Positions 29,600 to 38,635 of a DNA stretch of 64,000 nucleotides are shown piece by piece. The notes below the pieces were generated by a model, which saw nothing but the letters and a program-made list of their open reading frames with translations, had not been told where the DNA came from and did not search any database. This DNA is from an uncultured delta proteobacterium. GTDB taxonomy: Bacteria > Myxococcota_A > Polyangia > Fen-1088. The translations under genes were made by a program, and so were the position numbers. Positions within the stretch are counted from its first letter, which is position 1; every line of letters begins with the position of its first letter. The DNA is taken from contig CAVWIP010000003.1 in NCBI GenBank assembly GCA_963755125.1, forward strand, positions 1-64,000, given 5' to 3'.

Positions 29600-30043
29600 T
29601 TACTTGGCGGGCAGTATTTGTAGCATGCCCTGGTGGGCCGAGGGGCCAGCCAAAACCACCGGGCCGGCGGGCCATGCCTCGATCTGGATAAAGGTGTCGC
29701 CCGCGGCACGATAGCGCCACACCTCGCAGGTTCCTGACACGCGCCCCGGCGTCTTTCCGCTGGTCGCCACCTCGGCTCGACCCGCAAGCACGCGCAAGTA
29801 GGTCCGGCCTTTGAACAAGATGTTGGCCGGCGGCGGCGTGGTCATGTCGAGGTCGTGCACCTCCTCGAGAAACAGCACGCGCTCGTGGAGATCGTCCGAG
29901 ACCGGCTCCATCCACAAGGTCCGCTCGCCGTTCACCAGGCGTGCCAGCACCCGCTTGCGGCGCCCCACGTGGTAGATAAGCAGCCCCTCGACCAGGTAGT
30001 CGGTCCCGGCGTAGCTGACGATATCTTTCAGGTGAAGCTTCAT
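29600..30043 (-). CDS. Hypothetical protein, DUF4178-like
   Basis: [16 protein letters not shown]...LWME...[12 protein letters not shown]...IEAW pattern. Confidence 0.55.
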   Translation of the reverse strand: MKLHLKDIVSYAGTDYLVEGLLIYHVGRRKRVLARLVNGERTLWMEPVSDDLHERVLFLEEVHDLDMTTPPPANILFKGRTYLRVLAGRAEVATSGKTPGRVSGTCEVWRYRAAGDTFIQIEAWPAGPVVLAGPSAHQGMLQILPAK

Positions 30044-30091
30044 GGGTGGCCTTGCGCGTCCCTGCCCGCAGTATCCTGCCCTGCCCCCGCC

Positions 30092-30120
30092 TTGACAACC
30101 CTGGCCGCCACCGTTAAGCA
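30092..30120 (+). promoter_or_regulatory. Sigma70-like promoter for the E1-alpha gene
   Basis: Perfect TTGACA (30092-30097), 17 bp spacer, TAAGCA (30115-30120), 6 nt before GTG 30127. Confidence 0.45.
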
Positions 30121-30126
30121 CGACTG

Positions 30127-31218
30127 GTGAAGTTCGAGCTTGTCCGGGTACTCGACGATGCGGGACGCGTGGTACATCCCGAGCGCGAACCTGCGATCCC
30201 AGCCGCCGACTTGCGCCGTATCTTGCAAACTATGGTGCAGAACAGCCTGCTCGACGAGAAACTGATGCGATTCCAGCGCCAGGGCCGCATCGGTTTCTAC
30301 CTGACCGCCTGGGGCGAAGAAGCCACGCTGGTGGGCCCAGTCTGGGCGCTGCGAGCCAGCGACTGGATCTTCTCTTGCTACCGCGAGGCCGGCGCGGCGC
30401 TCTTTCGCGGATACTCCCTGCGCACGCTGCTGTGCCAGCTCTATTGCAACGCCGAAGATCCGGTGAAGGGCCGACAATTGCCCGTGCACCACACCGCACG
30501 CGAGTTCAACTTCGTGTCGGTCAGCTCGGTGGTGGGCACGCAGATCCCGCACGCCGTGGGCATGGCCATGGCGGCCAAGCTGAGCGGCCGCGACGATGTC
30601 AGCCTGGTTTATTTCGGCGACGGCGCCACTTCGACCGGCGACTTCCACGTCTCGTGCAACATGGCGGCTGTGCGCAAGGCGCCCTGTCTGTTCTTCTGCC
30701 GCAACAACGGCTGGGCCATCTCCACCCCACGCTCGGTCCAGACCGTCACGCCGACTTTCGCGCAGAAGGCGGTCGCCTATGGCATGCCGGCAGTGCTGGT
30801 TGACGGCAACGACGTGCTGGCCCTGGCCCATGTCACCGCCGAGGCTGCGGCGCGCGCGCGCCGGGGCGAGGGGCCCACGCTCATCGAGGCGCTCACCTAC
30901 CGCCGGGGCGCCCACACCTCGTCGGACGATCCCACGGCCTATCGGGATCCCGCCGAGCCGCGCGAGTGGGAATGCCGCGATCCCATCCGGCGCTTCCGCG
31001 CCTACCTCGAGAGCAAGGGGCTGTGGAGTGCGGACGAGGAGCGCAACTTTGTCGAGGCCTGCGAGCAGGAATTCGCGGCGCTGGTGGCCGAGGTCGAGAG
31101 CTTGCCCGCCAAGTCGCCGCTGTCCACTCTGTTCGACGACGTGTACGCCGACCGGCCCTGGCACCTGGAGGAGCAGTTCGTGGAACTGGACCGCGAGGTT
31201 CGCCGCCACCGCGCCTGA
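30127..31218 (+). CDS. TPP-dependent 2-oxoacid dehydrogenase E1 alpha subunit (branched-chain type likely)
   Basis: QRQGRIGFY, GRQLPVH, YFGDGATS...RNNGWAIS, HTSSDDP. Confidence 0.9.
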   Translation: MKFELVRVLDDAGRVVHPEREPAIPAADLRRILQTMVQNSLLDEKLMRFQRQGRIGFYLTAWGEEATLVGPVWALRASDWIFSCYREAGAALFRGYSLRTLLCQLYCNAEDPVKGRQLPVHHTAREFNFVSVSSVVGTQIPHAVGMAMAAKLSGRDDVSLVYFGDGATSTGDFHVSCNMAAVRKAPCLFFCRNNGWAISTPRSVQTVTPTFAQKAVAYGMPAVLVDGNDVLALAHVTAEAAARARRGEGPTLIEALTYRRGAHTSSDDPTAYRDPAEPREWECRDPIRRFRAYLESKGLWSADEERNFVEACEQEFAALVAEVESLPAKSPLSTLFDDVYADRPWHLEEQFVELDREVRRHRA

Positions 31219-31278
31219 GGATTGAGGTAGACTGCGGCCATTCTGGCGGGTATCTGACCCGCAGGAGAGGATGTCGCC

Positions 31279-31458
31279 ATGAAACGAGCCATGTTCCTGT
31301 TCGCCGCTGTCTCCTTCACGTCGCTTCTGGGCTGCGCTTCGTCCCCGCCTCCCCCGCCCGTGGGCCCGTCACCAGCCGAGACCGCGGCCATGCAGGAGCT
31401 GAATCAAGAGACAGCGAACCAGAACCCGCCGCCTGCGAAGCCCGCGCCGCAAGAATAG
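31279..31458 (+). CDS. Small Pro-rich lipoprotein (59 aa)
   Basis: Below the ORF-track cutoff: MKRAMFLFAAVSFTSLLGCASSPPPPPVGPSPAETAAMQELNQETANQNPPPAKPAPQE. Lipobox LLGC, SD AGGAGAGG. Confidence 0.7.
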   Translation: MKRAMFLFAAVSFTSLLGCASSPPPPPVGPSPAETAAMQELNQETANQNPPPAKPAPQE

Positions 31459-31504
31459 GCAGGATGACCGGGCCGAGTGCCGCGGCCTGGACGGATTTTA
31501 CGTT

Positions 31505-33163
31505 CTAACCTCTAAACGCCTGCGCGATGGGGTAGCGGCGGCCGGTGCCGAACGCTTTGCCGGTGATTTTCAGCCCGGGCGGAAGCTGGCGCCGCTTGTA
31601 TTCCGACTGGCGCATCAGGCGCATGACATCGGCCACCACCGCGGGATCGAAGCCCGCCGCCTGCAAGGCTTGGCTGTCCAGGCCGCGCTCCACATGGGCT
31701 TCCAGGATCGCGTCCAGCACATCGTAGGGAGGCAAGCTGTCCTGATCCTTTTGATCGGGCCGCAACTCGGCCGATGGCGGCTTGCTCAAAGTCGACTGCG
31801 GGATGACCGGACGCTCGGCATTGATCTCGCCGGCAATCTTGTAGACCAGGGTTTTGGGCACGTCCGAGAGCACGGCCAGGCCGCCGCAGGTGTCGCCATA
31901 CAGGGTGCAGTAGCCGGTGGCGATCTCGCTCTTGTTCCCGGTCGAAAGCAGCAGGGAACCCAGCTTGTTCGACAGGGCCATGAGGAGGCCGCCGCGGATG
32001 CGCGCCTGCAGATTCTCCTCGGTGACATCGAGTGAACGGCCTGCAAAAGCCGGCGCGAGCGCTTCCAGGTAGGCGCCGAACATCGGCTCGATGGATATGG
32101 TTCGGAATTGGATCCCGAGAGCCGCGGCCAGCGCCGCAGCGTCGCTGCGCGAGTGGTCCGACGAAAAACGCGAGGGCATGGACACGCCCAGCACGTTGCT
32201 CGGCCCCAGCGCGCGTGCGGCCAGACAGGCCACCACCGCCGAGTCGATGCCGCCCGATAGTCCGACCAGAGCACCCGAAAAACCGCAGCGCCGAGCATAG
32301 TCGCGAGTCCCCAGCACCAACGCTTCGAGAGCCGAGCGGGCATCGGATTCGACCCAAGGCCTGATCGCGCCGCAGCTCGCGTCCACATCGACCACCACCA
32401 GGTCGGTCGCGTGCTCGGCCGCGCGCGCGATCACCTCGCCACGCGCGTCCAGCGCCAGGCTGGATCCGTCGAAGATTAGGTCATCCTGTCCGCCGACCTG
32501 ATTGACGAACACCAGCGGGCGGGCCCAACGCCGGGCCACCTCGGCCAGCATACGCGGTCGCAGGTGGCGCTTGTCCAGGGTGTAGGGCGAGGCCGCAATA
32601 TTGATGAGCAGGTCGGCGCCGGCAGCCACCAGCTTTTCGATGGGATCCTCGCGATACAGGCGCCGCGGCCAGAAATCGCCATCGTTCCACATGTCCTCGC
32701 AGATCGAGATGCCCAGGCGACGGCCCGCGAACTCGACCGGCGCCACCTGCTGGGCCGGCTCGAAATAGCGCCATTCATCGAAGACGTCGTAGGTCGGCAG
32801 CAGTGACTTGCGATGGACCGAGACGATGCGGCCCGCATGGATGAGAGCGGCGGAGTTGGCAATCCCGCGACCTACCGGCGAATCCGGCAAGACTTCCGGA
32901 AATCCGACGATCACCGCTGTCGAGCGGCCGGCAGGCTCGCACCCCACCCGCGCCACCAGACGGTCGAGGCTGCGCATGCCCGCCTGCACGAAGGCTGCGC
33001 GCTCCAACAGGTCGCGCGGCGGATAGCCCGAGAGCGCCAGCTCGGGAAGCACCAGGAGATCGGCACCCGCTGCCTCGGCCGCGGCCAGCGCCTCCTCGGC
33101 CAGCCGCAGATTGCCGTCGAAGTCACCCACGGTGGGGTTGATCTGGCCGAGAGCGATCTTCAC
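31505..33163 (-). CDS. nadE: Glutamine-dependent NAD+ synthetase
   Basis: Nitrilase domain (PELALSGYPP, KSLLPTYDVFDE, ICEDMW) plus synthetase (GLSGGIDS, NLQARIRG, TGNKSE, PSAELRPDQKD). GTG 33163 preferred, ATG 33172 possible. Confidence 0.95.
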   Translation of the reverse strand: MKIALGQINPTVGDFDGNLRLAEEALAAAEAAGADLLVLPELALSGYPPRDLLERAAFVQAGMRSLDRLVARVGCEPAGRSTAVIVGFPEVLPDSPVGRGIANSAALIHAGRIVSVHRKSLLPTYDVFDEWRYFEPAQQVAPVEFAGRRLGISICEDMWNDGDFWPRRLYREDPIEKLVAAGADLLINIAASPYTLDKRHLRPRMLAEVARRWARPLVFVNQVGGQDDLIFDGSSLALDARGEVIARAAEHATDLVVVDVDASCGAIRPWVESDARSALEALVLGTRDYARRCGFSGALVGLSGGIDSAVVACLAARALGPSNVLGVSMPSRFSSDHSRSDAAALAAALGIQFRTISIEPMFGAYLEALAPAFAGRSLDVTEENLQARIRGGLLMALSNKLGSLLLSTGNKSEIATGYCTLYGDTCGGLAVLSDVPKTLVYKIAGEINAERPVIPQSTLSKPPSAELRPDQKDQDSLPPYDVLDAILEAHVERGLDSQALQAAGFDPAVVADVMRLMRQSEYKRRQLPPGLKITGKAFGTGRRYPIAQAFRG

Positions 33164-33177
33164 GTTAGCCATTCTAC

Positions 33178-34284
33178 CTATGTTCGATACCCCACGGCGT
33201 CCAGGGCTGCGTCTTGCAGCGCCGGACGCAGCGCTCGGAAACGCGGATCCTTGCGCACCGTCGGATGGACGAAGTTGGTCAGCAACACGACGCAAACTTC
33301 CCGCTCAGGATCGATCCACAGCGAGCAGCCGGTGAAGCCCAGGTGGCCCACCGCCTGGCGGGACAGGCGATCGCCGGCCAGCGATCCCGTGGCTGCCGGC
33401 CCGTCCCATCCCAGGCGCCAGGTCGATCCCGGGATCCCGGCCGGCCGCCAGAACAGACGCAGCACCTCGGCCGGAACCAGAGGCGCGCAGCCCGCGGGCG
33501 CAGTGTCGCGCCAGGCGGCGCACAAGGCGCTGGCAAGCTCAAGCAGATCTGCAGCATCTGCGAAAAGCCCGGCGTGGCCCGCCACCCCGCCCATGGCAAA
33601 GGCGTTGAGATCGTGTACCTCGCCACAAAGCATGCGACCGCGCACTGGACAACGCTCGGTGGGCGCCAGTCTTCTCCCGGAAAACGCCGTCGAACCGGCA
33701 AAGCCCGTGGCACGCAGCCCGAGCGGCGCGAACAAGAATCTCTCGGCCAGCGCGTCCAGTCGGCCGCCCAGACCGCGCTCGACGAGATCGCCCAGCAGAA
33801 TGAAGCCCAGGTCCGAGTAGAGCGAGCGCGTCCCTGGCTCATAGGCCAGTGGCTCGGCCGCAGCCAGGGCGACGATGCGTTCCCGGCCTTCCGCAGGAGC
33901 AACGCCGTCGTTGATAACCTGCTCGAAGAATGGCCGATGGGCCGCAAACCCGGCTGCATGGGCCAGCGTGCGCCGCAGGGTCACCTCGGGCCGCGCAGCC
34001 ATCGACGGCAAGTGCTTGCCGAGCGGGTCGTCCAAGGCCCAGATTCCGCTGCCGACTCCACGCATGACCAGCAGACTGGTGACCACAGCCTTGGTCAGCG
34101 AGGCCAGGTCGTAGACGACGTCGGTCGTGAGCGACTCGGCGTCCGGGACGATTCGTCGATGGCCAAACGCATCAAGAAACCGCACCTGCCTGCCTTGCGC
34201 GAACCCGAGAACCAAACCCGGAATCACGCCGTCGTCGACGGCACGCTGGGCCAAGGCGCGGACAGGGGTGAAATCGGCGACCAT
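33178..34284 (-). CDS. Serine hydrolase, beta-lactamase/class C-like family
   Basis: YDLASLTK (SxxK), YSDLGFILLG, GEVHDLNA...GHAGLF, GHLGFTG. Confidence 0.88.
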   Translation of the reverse strand: MVADFTPVRALAQRAVDDGVIPGLVLGFAQGRQVRFLDAFGHRRIVPDAESLTTDVVYDLASLTKAVVTSLLVMRGVGSGIWALDDPLGKHLPSMAARPEVTLRRTLAHAAGFAAHRPFFEQVINDGVAPAEGRERIVALAAAEPLAYEPGTRSLYSDLGFILLGDLVERGLGGRLDALAERFLFAPLGLRATGFAGSTAFSGRRLAPTERCPVRGRMLCGEVHDLNAFAMGGVAGHAGLFADAADLLELASALCAAWRDTAPAGCAPLVPAEVLRLFWRPAGIPGSTWRLGWDGPAATGSLAGDRLSRQAVGHLGFTGCSLWIDPEREVCVVLLTNFVHPTVRKDPRFRALRPALQDAALDAVGYRT

Positions 34285-34397
34285 GGCCCGCGAGGCTACC
34301 AGGTTCCGCAGGTTGGCGGGGTTGGGTTTCGTCCCACCCGGCAAAACCGCGCGCTACAATGTCCGCCCTCTGGGATGTTCGCGCGGACCTGACAGAG

Positions 34398-35998
34398 ATG
34401 AAATTCGGACACTACGAGCTCTTCGACCGCTTCGCCGTGGGCGACATGGCCGAGCTGTACTTGGGCCGAGCCCTGGGCGAGCAGGGCTTCGAGAAGCCGG
34501 TGGCCATCAAGCGCATCCTGCCGCACCTGGCAGCCGACGAACGCTTCGTTCACATGCTGCTCACCGAGGCGCGCATCCACGCCTCGCTCTCGCACAAGAA
34601 CATCGTGCAAATTCACGACCTCGGCATCTCGCCCGAGGGCGAATACTTCATCGTCCTCGAGTACGTGGATGGCCGCGACCTGGGCGAACTGCTTGCGGTG
34701 GTGCGCAAGTCATCCAGCCCGGATGGCCTGCCCAAACGCCTCGACGACGCCGTCGCTCTTTTCATCCTGGGCGAGCTGTGCGAGGGCGTGCACTGCGCGC
34801 ACGAACTGCGCGGGCCAGATGGCCTGCCCGCAGACCTCATCCATCGGGACATCTCGCCTGACAACGTGCTGCTCTCCTACGCCGGCGAGGTGAAGCTGTC
34901 CGACTTCGGCGTGGCCAAGCGACGGACCGACAACTCGCTGGTGTCCTCGCTCAAGGGCAACCTGGCGTACATGTCGCCCGAACAGGCACGCGGCGCAGCC
35001 CTTGACCGGCGCAGCGATATCTACTCGCTGGGAGCGATTCTGTTTGAACTGCTCACCGGGTATCCGCTGCGTGATTCGTCGAACCAGGCCGAGACCTGGC
35101 GCCAGGTGGCCTCGGGCCTGGTGTTCTCGCCCAGCAACGCCGGCCAGACCTGCCGCCGCGTCTGGCGCGACTCATCTCGAATTCGCTGGCGCCGGATCCG
35201 CGCGATCGCTTTCCCGACGCACGCGCCTTCGCCGACGCCTGCCGGCAGGCGCTCGACATGGTCCCGCGCCCAGCCTCCGGCGAGGCCACCGAGTTGAAGC
35301 TGCTGCTGCGCACCTTGTTGCCGTCCGGCACCCTGGCCCAGCCTCGGCCGGCGACCAAGGTGATCCGGCTCTCGCCCGATCTGTGGGGCGACGAAACCGT
35401 GCCCGAGTCCGAGATTCCCGTGCGAGACGACGTCACACGGCGCGAGGTGCCGGCCGCTGCGCAGGGGCCAGCCGGCGGCCCAACTCCGCCTGGCAAGTCG
35501 CCTCGGCCCTCGCTGACCGCTGCGCAAGGCCCTGTGCTGGTTGCGCCTCCCCAGATCATCAATCCCCGTCCCACGCTGCCGACCCCCTTTGGCCGAGCCG
35601 CCGCGCTCTTCACCCCGGGCGTCACGTCGGTGACCAAGCGGCGCGGGCTGTTGGTGCCGGTTTTGGTCGTGCTCCTGGTCGTCCTCGCCGTAGCCACGGC
35701 CCTGGTTCACCTGGTCGTGGTGCCGCTGCCGGTGGCCGCCGTGTGGCTCCGGCCCGCGACGCTGCTCATCGACTCGCAGCCTGCTGGCGCCGAGGTCGTG
35801 CTCGACGGCAAGAAACTCGCCTCACCCACGCCAGCGCGCGTCCAGGTGAAGAGAGATCTGGCCGTGCATTTGCTCGACCTGCGCAAGGACGGCTTCTTGC
35901 CGATCTCGCGTCACATCCGCTACGACCGAGAGGTCGACCTCGCGCTCACGGTCGCGCTCGAACCCGGACCTCGCCCTGCGCCTGCGCTGAGACGTTGA
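34398..35998 (+). pseudogene. Hanks-type Ser/Thr kinase-TM-PEGA gene split by a 1-bp frameshift near 35135
   Basis: VAIKRILP, HRDISPDN, DFG, YMSPEQ, DIYSLG in frame 1. Subdomain XI (RRPDLPPRLARLISNSLAPDPRDRF), TM and PEGA continue only in the frame of ORF 35258..35998. Confidence 0.7.
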
Positions 35999-36007
35999 AA
36001 TGGGAAC

Positions 36008-38572
36008 ATGACCGGCACGGCTTCCGATGCTAGCCCGCCGCTGGCCCCGCCGCCCGCGCCAGTGGACGCGGACCACATCCTGGAGCAGTTCCTCGGCTAC
36101 GTGGCTGCGCTGGGTTTGTCGCTGTATCCAGCGCAGGAAGAGGCCCTGTTCGAAATCCTGGCGGGCAAGCACGTGGTGCTGGCCACGCCGACCGGCTCGG
36201 GCAAGTCGCTGGTCGCCACCGCCTTCCTGTTCAAGGCCTTGTGCGAGGGCAAGACTGGTTTCTATAGCTGCCCGGTCAAGGCCCTGGTCAACGAGAAGTT
36301 CTTCGACCTGTGCGCCTGCTTCGGCCCCGACCGCGTGGGCCTGCTCACCGGCGACGCCTCGGTGAACGGCAACGCGCCCATCCTGGTCGGCACGGCCGAG
36401 ATCCTGTCCAACATGTCGCTGCGCCGGTCGCGCCCAGCGGCCGACACCGTGGTGATGGACGAGTTCCACTACTACGGCGATCGCGAGCGCGGCATCGCCT
36501 GGCAAATTCCCCTGGTCACTCTGCGCGAAACCGTCTTCTTGCTCATGTCAGCCACCCTGGGCGACACCACGGCCATTGAGCGCCAGGTGGCGGACTTCAC
36601 CGGCCGCGAAGTGGCCAGCGTGCGCGGCGCCGTCCGTCCCGTGCCGCTCGATTTCGAGTACCGGGACACGCCGCTGCACGAGACCATCGCGGATCTCATC
36701 AAGCTCAATCGCGCGCCCATCTATCTGGTGAACTTCACCCAGCGCGCGGCCGCCGAAGAAGTGCAGAACCTGATGAGCGTGGACGTGTGTAGCAAGGAGG
36801 AGAAAGAATCCATCAAGGCCACCCTGGCCGACGAGCGTCTGGACAGCCCCTATGGCAAGGAACTTCTGCGCTTTCTCCGCCACGGCATCGGCCTGCACCA
36901 CGCCGGCCTGCTGCCGCGCTACCGCCGTCTGGTCGAGCGCCTGAGCCAGCGTGGCCTGCTCAAGGTGGTCAGCGGCACCGACACCCTCGGCGTCGGGGTC
37001 AACATCCCGATTCGCACCGTTCTGTTCACCCAGTTGTGCAAGTTCGACGGACAGAAAGACGGCGTTCTCAGCGTGCGCGAGTTCAAGCAGATCGCGGGTC
37101 GCGCTGGCCGCAAGGGCTTCGACGAGCGCGGCTGGGTGGTGGCGCAGGCGCCGGCGCATGTGGTGGAAAACCTGCGCCTGCGGGCCAAGGCCGCTGGTGG
37201 CAAGAAGGTGCACATGCAGAAGCCGCCGCAGAAAGGCTACGTGCACTTCGACAGGGGCACCTTCGATCGCCTGGCCGCGGGCACGCCCGAACCGCTGGAG
37301 TCGCGCTTTGCCGTGAGCCATGGGTTGCTGCTCACGCTTCTGCAGGGCGAGAAGGGCGACCCGCGGCGCGGAGGCGGCTACCGTAAGTTGCTGGAAGTCA
37401 TCGACGCGTGCCACGACAGCGATGTGCTCAAGCGCCGCCACCGACGGAACGCGGCCGCGTGTTTCCGCACCCTGCGACGGGCCGGGTTGATCGGTCTGGT
37501 CATCGACGAGAAGGCGCGTTGCCCGCAGGCGGTGGCCAGTCCCGACCTGCAGCACGACTTCTCGATGCACCACACGCTGTCGCTGTACCTGGTCGATACC
37601 CTGCCGCTGCTCGATCCAGCGACGGAAACCTACGCCTTTGACGTGCTCTCTCTGGTTGAGTCCATTCTGGAAAATCCGCGGCCGGTGCTCTTCGCTCAGC
37701 TCGATCGACTGAAGGGCGAAACCGTGGCGGCGCTCAAAGCCCAGGGTGTCGAGTACGAGGCACGCATGGAGGAGCTGGAAAAACTGGAATGGCCCAAGCC
37801 CAACCGCGACTTTATCTACGAAACCTTCAACGCCTTTGCCGACAAGCATCCCTGGGTGGGCGAGGAGAACATCGCGCCGAAATCCGTGGCGCGAGAGATC
37901 CTGGAACGCTTCTGCAGCTTCCACGATTACGTGCGCGACTATGGCCTGCAACGCGCCGAGGGCGTTTTGCTGCGCTATCTGTCGGACGCGTACCGGACCT
38001 TCAACCAGTCGGTGCCAGCCGCCTTTCGCACCCCGGAGGTGGAGGATCTGCTGGCCAGCCTGGGCGGCCTGGTGCGCACGGTTGACTCCAGTCTGCTGGA
38101 AGAATGGGAGGAACTGCGCGCACCGGATGGTCCGCCGGAGCCGCGCCAGCCAACCTGCGCCGCGCGGCCGCGCGATCCGGCCGCCGACCCGCGCGCCTTT
38201 GCCGCCCGCATCCGGGCCGAGCTGCACCGCTTGCTGGGCGCCCTGGCTCGCCGCGACTGGGAAGAGGCCCTGTCCGCCCTGCGCGACAATCCATCCAGCG
38301 ACACGCCGGAGTGGACCGCCGAGCGCCTGGCCGCCGAGGTGGAACCCTACTTTGAAGAACACGGTTCCATTTCGGTCACGCCGGCGGCGCGCAGCCCACA
38401 CAATACTTTGCTGACGCCGATCGCGCCGCGCCTGTGGGAGGCGCAGCAACGCCTGGTCGATCCCGAGGGCGACGAGGACTTTGCCATTCATACGCGCATC
38501 GATCTTTCCCGGCCGCTGGCACCCGGCCAGGAGAACGCGCCCCTCATCGAGCTTCTGCGCGTGGGACGTTAG
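36008..38572 (+). CDS. DEAD/DEAH-box (Ski2/HelY-like) helicase with DUF3516
   Basis: TPTGSGKS, MDEFHYY, MSATLG, HHAGLL, GTDTLGVGVN, QIAGRAGRKG. Confidence 0.92.
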   Translation: MTGTASDASPPLAPPPAPVDADHILEQFLGYVAALGLSLYPAQEEALFEILAGKHVVLATPTGSGKSLVATAFLFKALCEGKTGFYSCPVKALVNEKFFDLCACFGPDRVGLLTGDASVNGNAPILVGTAEILSNMSLRRSRPAADTVVMDEFHYYGDRERGIAWQIPLVTLRETVFLLMSATLGDTTAIERQVADFTGREVASVRGAVRPVPLDFEYRDTPLHETIADLIKLNRAPIYLVNFTQRAAAEEVQNLMSVDVCSKEEKESIKATLADERLDSPYGKELLRFLRHGIGLHHAGLLPRYRRLVERLSQRGLLKVVSGTDTLGVGVNIPIRTVLFTQLCKFDGQKDGVLSVREFKQIAGRAGRKGFDERGWVVAQAPAHVVENLRLRAKAAGGKKVHMQKPPQKGYVHFDRGTFDRLAAGTPEPLESRFAVSHGLLLTLLQGEKGDPRRGGGYRKLLEVIDACHDSDVLKRRHRRNAAACFRTLRRAGLIGLVIDEKARCPQAVASPDLQHDFSMHHTLSLYLVDTLPLLDPATETYAFDVLSLVESILENPRPVLFAQLDRLKGETVAALKAQGVEYEARMEELEKLEWPKPNRDFIYETFNAFADKHPWVGEENIAPKSVAREILERFCSFHDYVRDYGLQRAEGVLLRYLSDAYRTFNQSVPAAFRTPEVEDLLASLGGLVRTVDSSLLEEWEELRAPDGPPEPRQPTCAARPRDPAADPRAFAARIRAELHRLLGALARRDWEEALSALRDNPSSDTPEWTAERLAAEVEPYFEEHGSISVTPAARSPHNTLLTPIAPRLWEAQQRLVDPEGDEDFAIHTRIDLSRPLAPGQENAPLIELLRVGR

Positions 38573-38635
38573 GCGCATTCCGCTGTCCCCGCAGCGGCCG
38601 ACGCGAGATAATCGGCGCCGGCAAAGGAGGACTCC

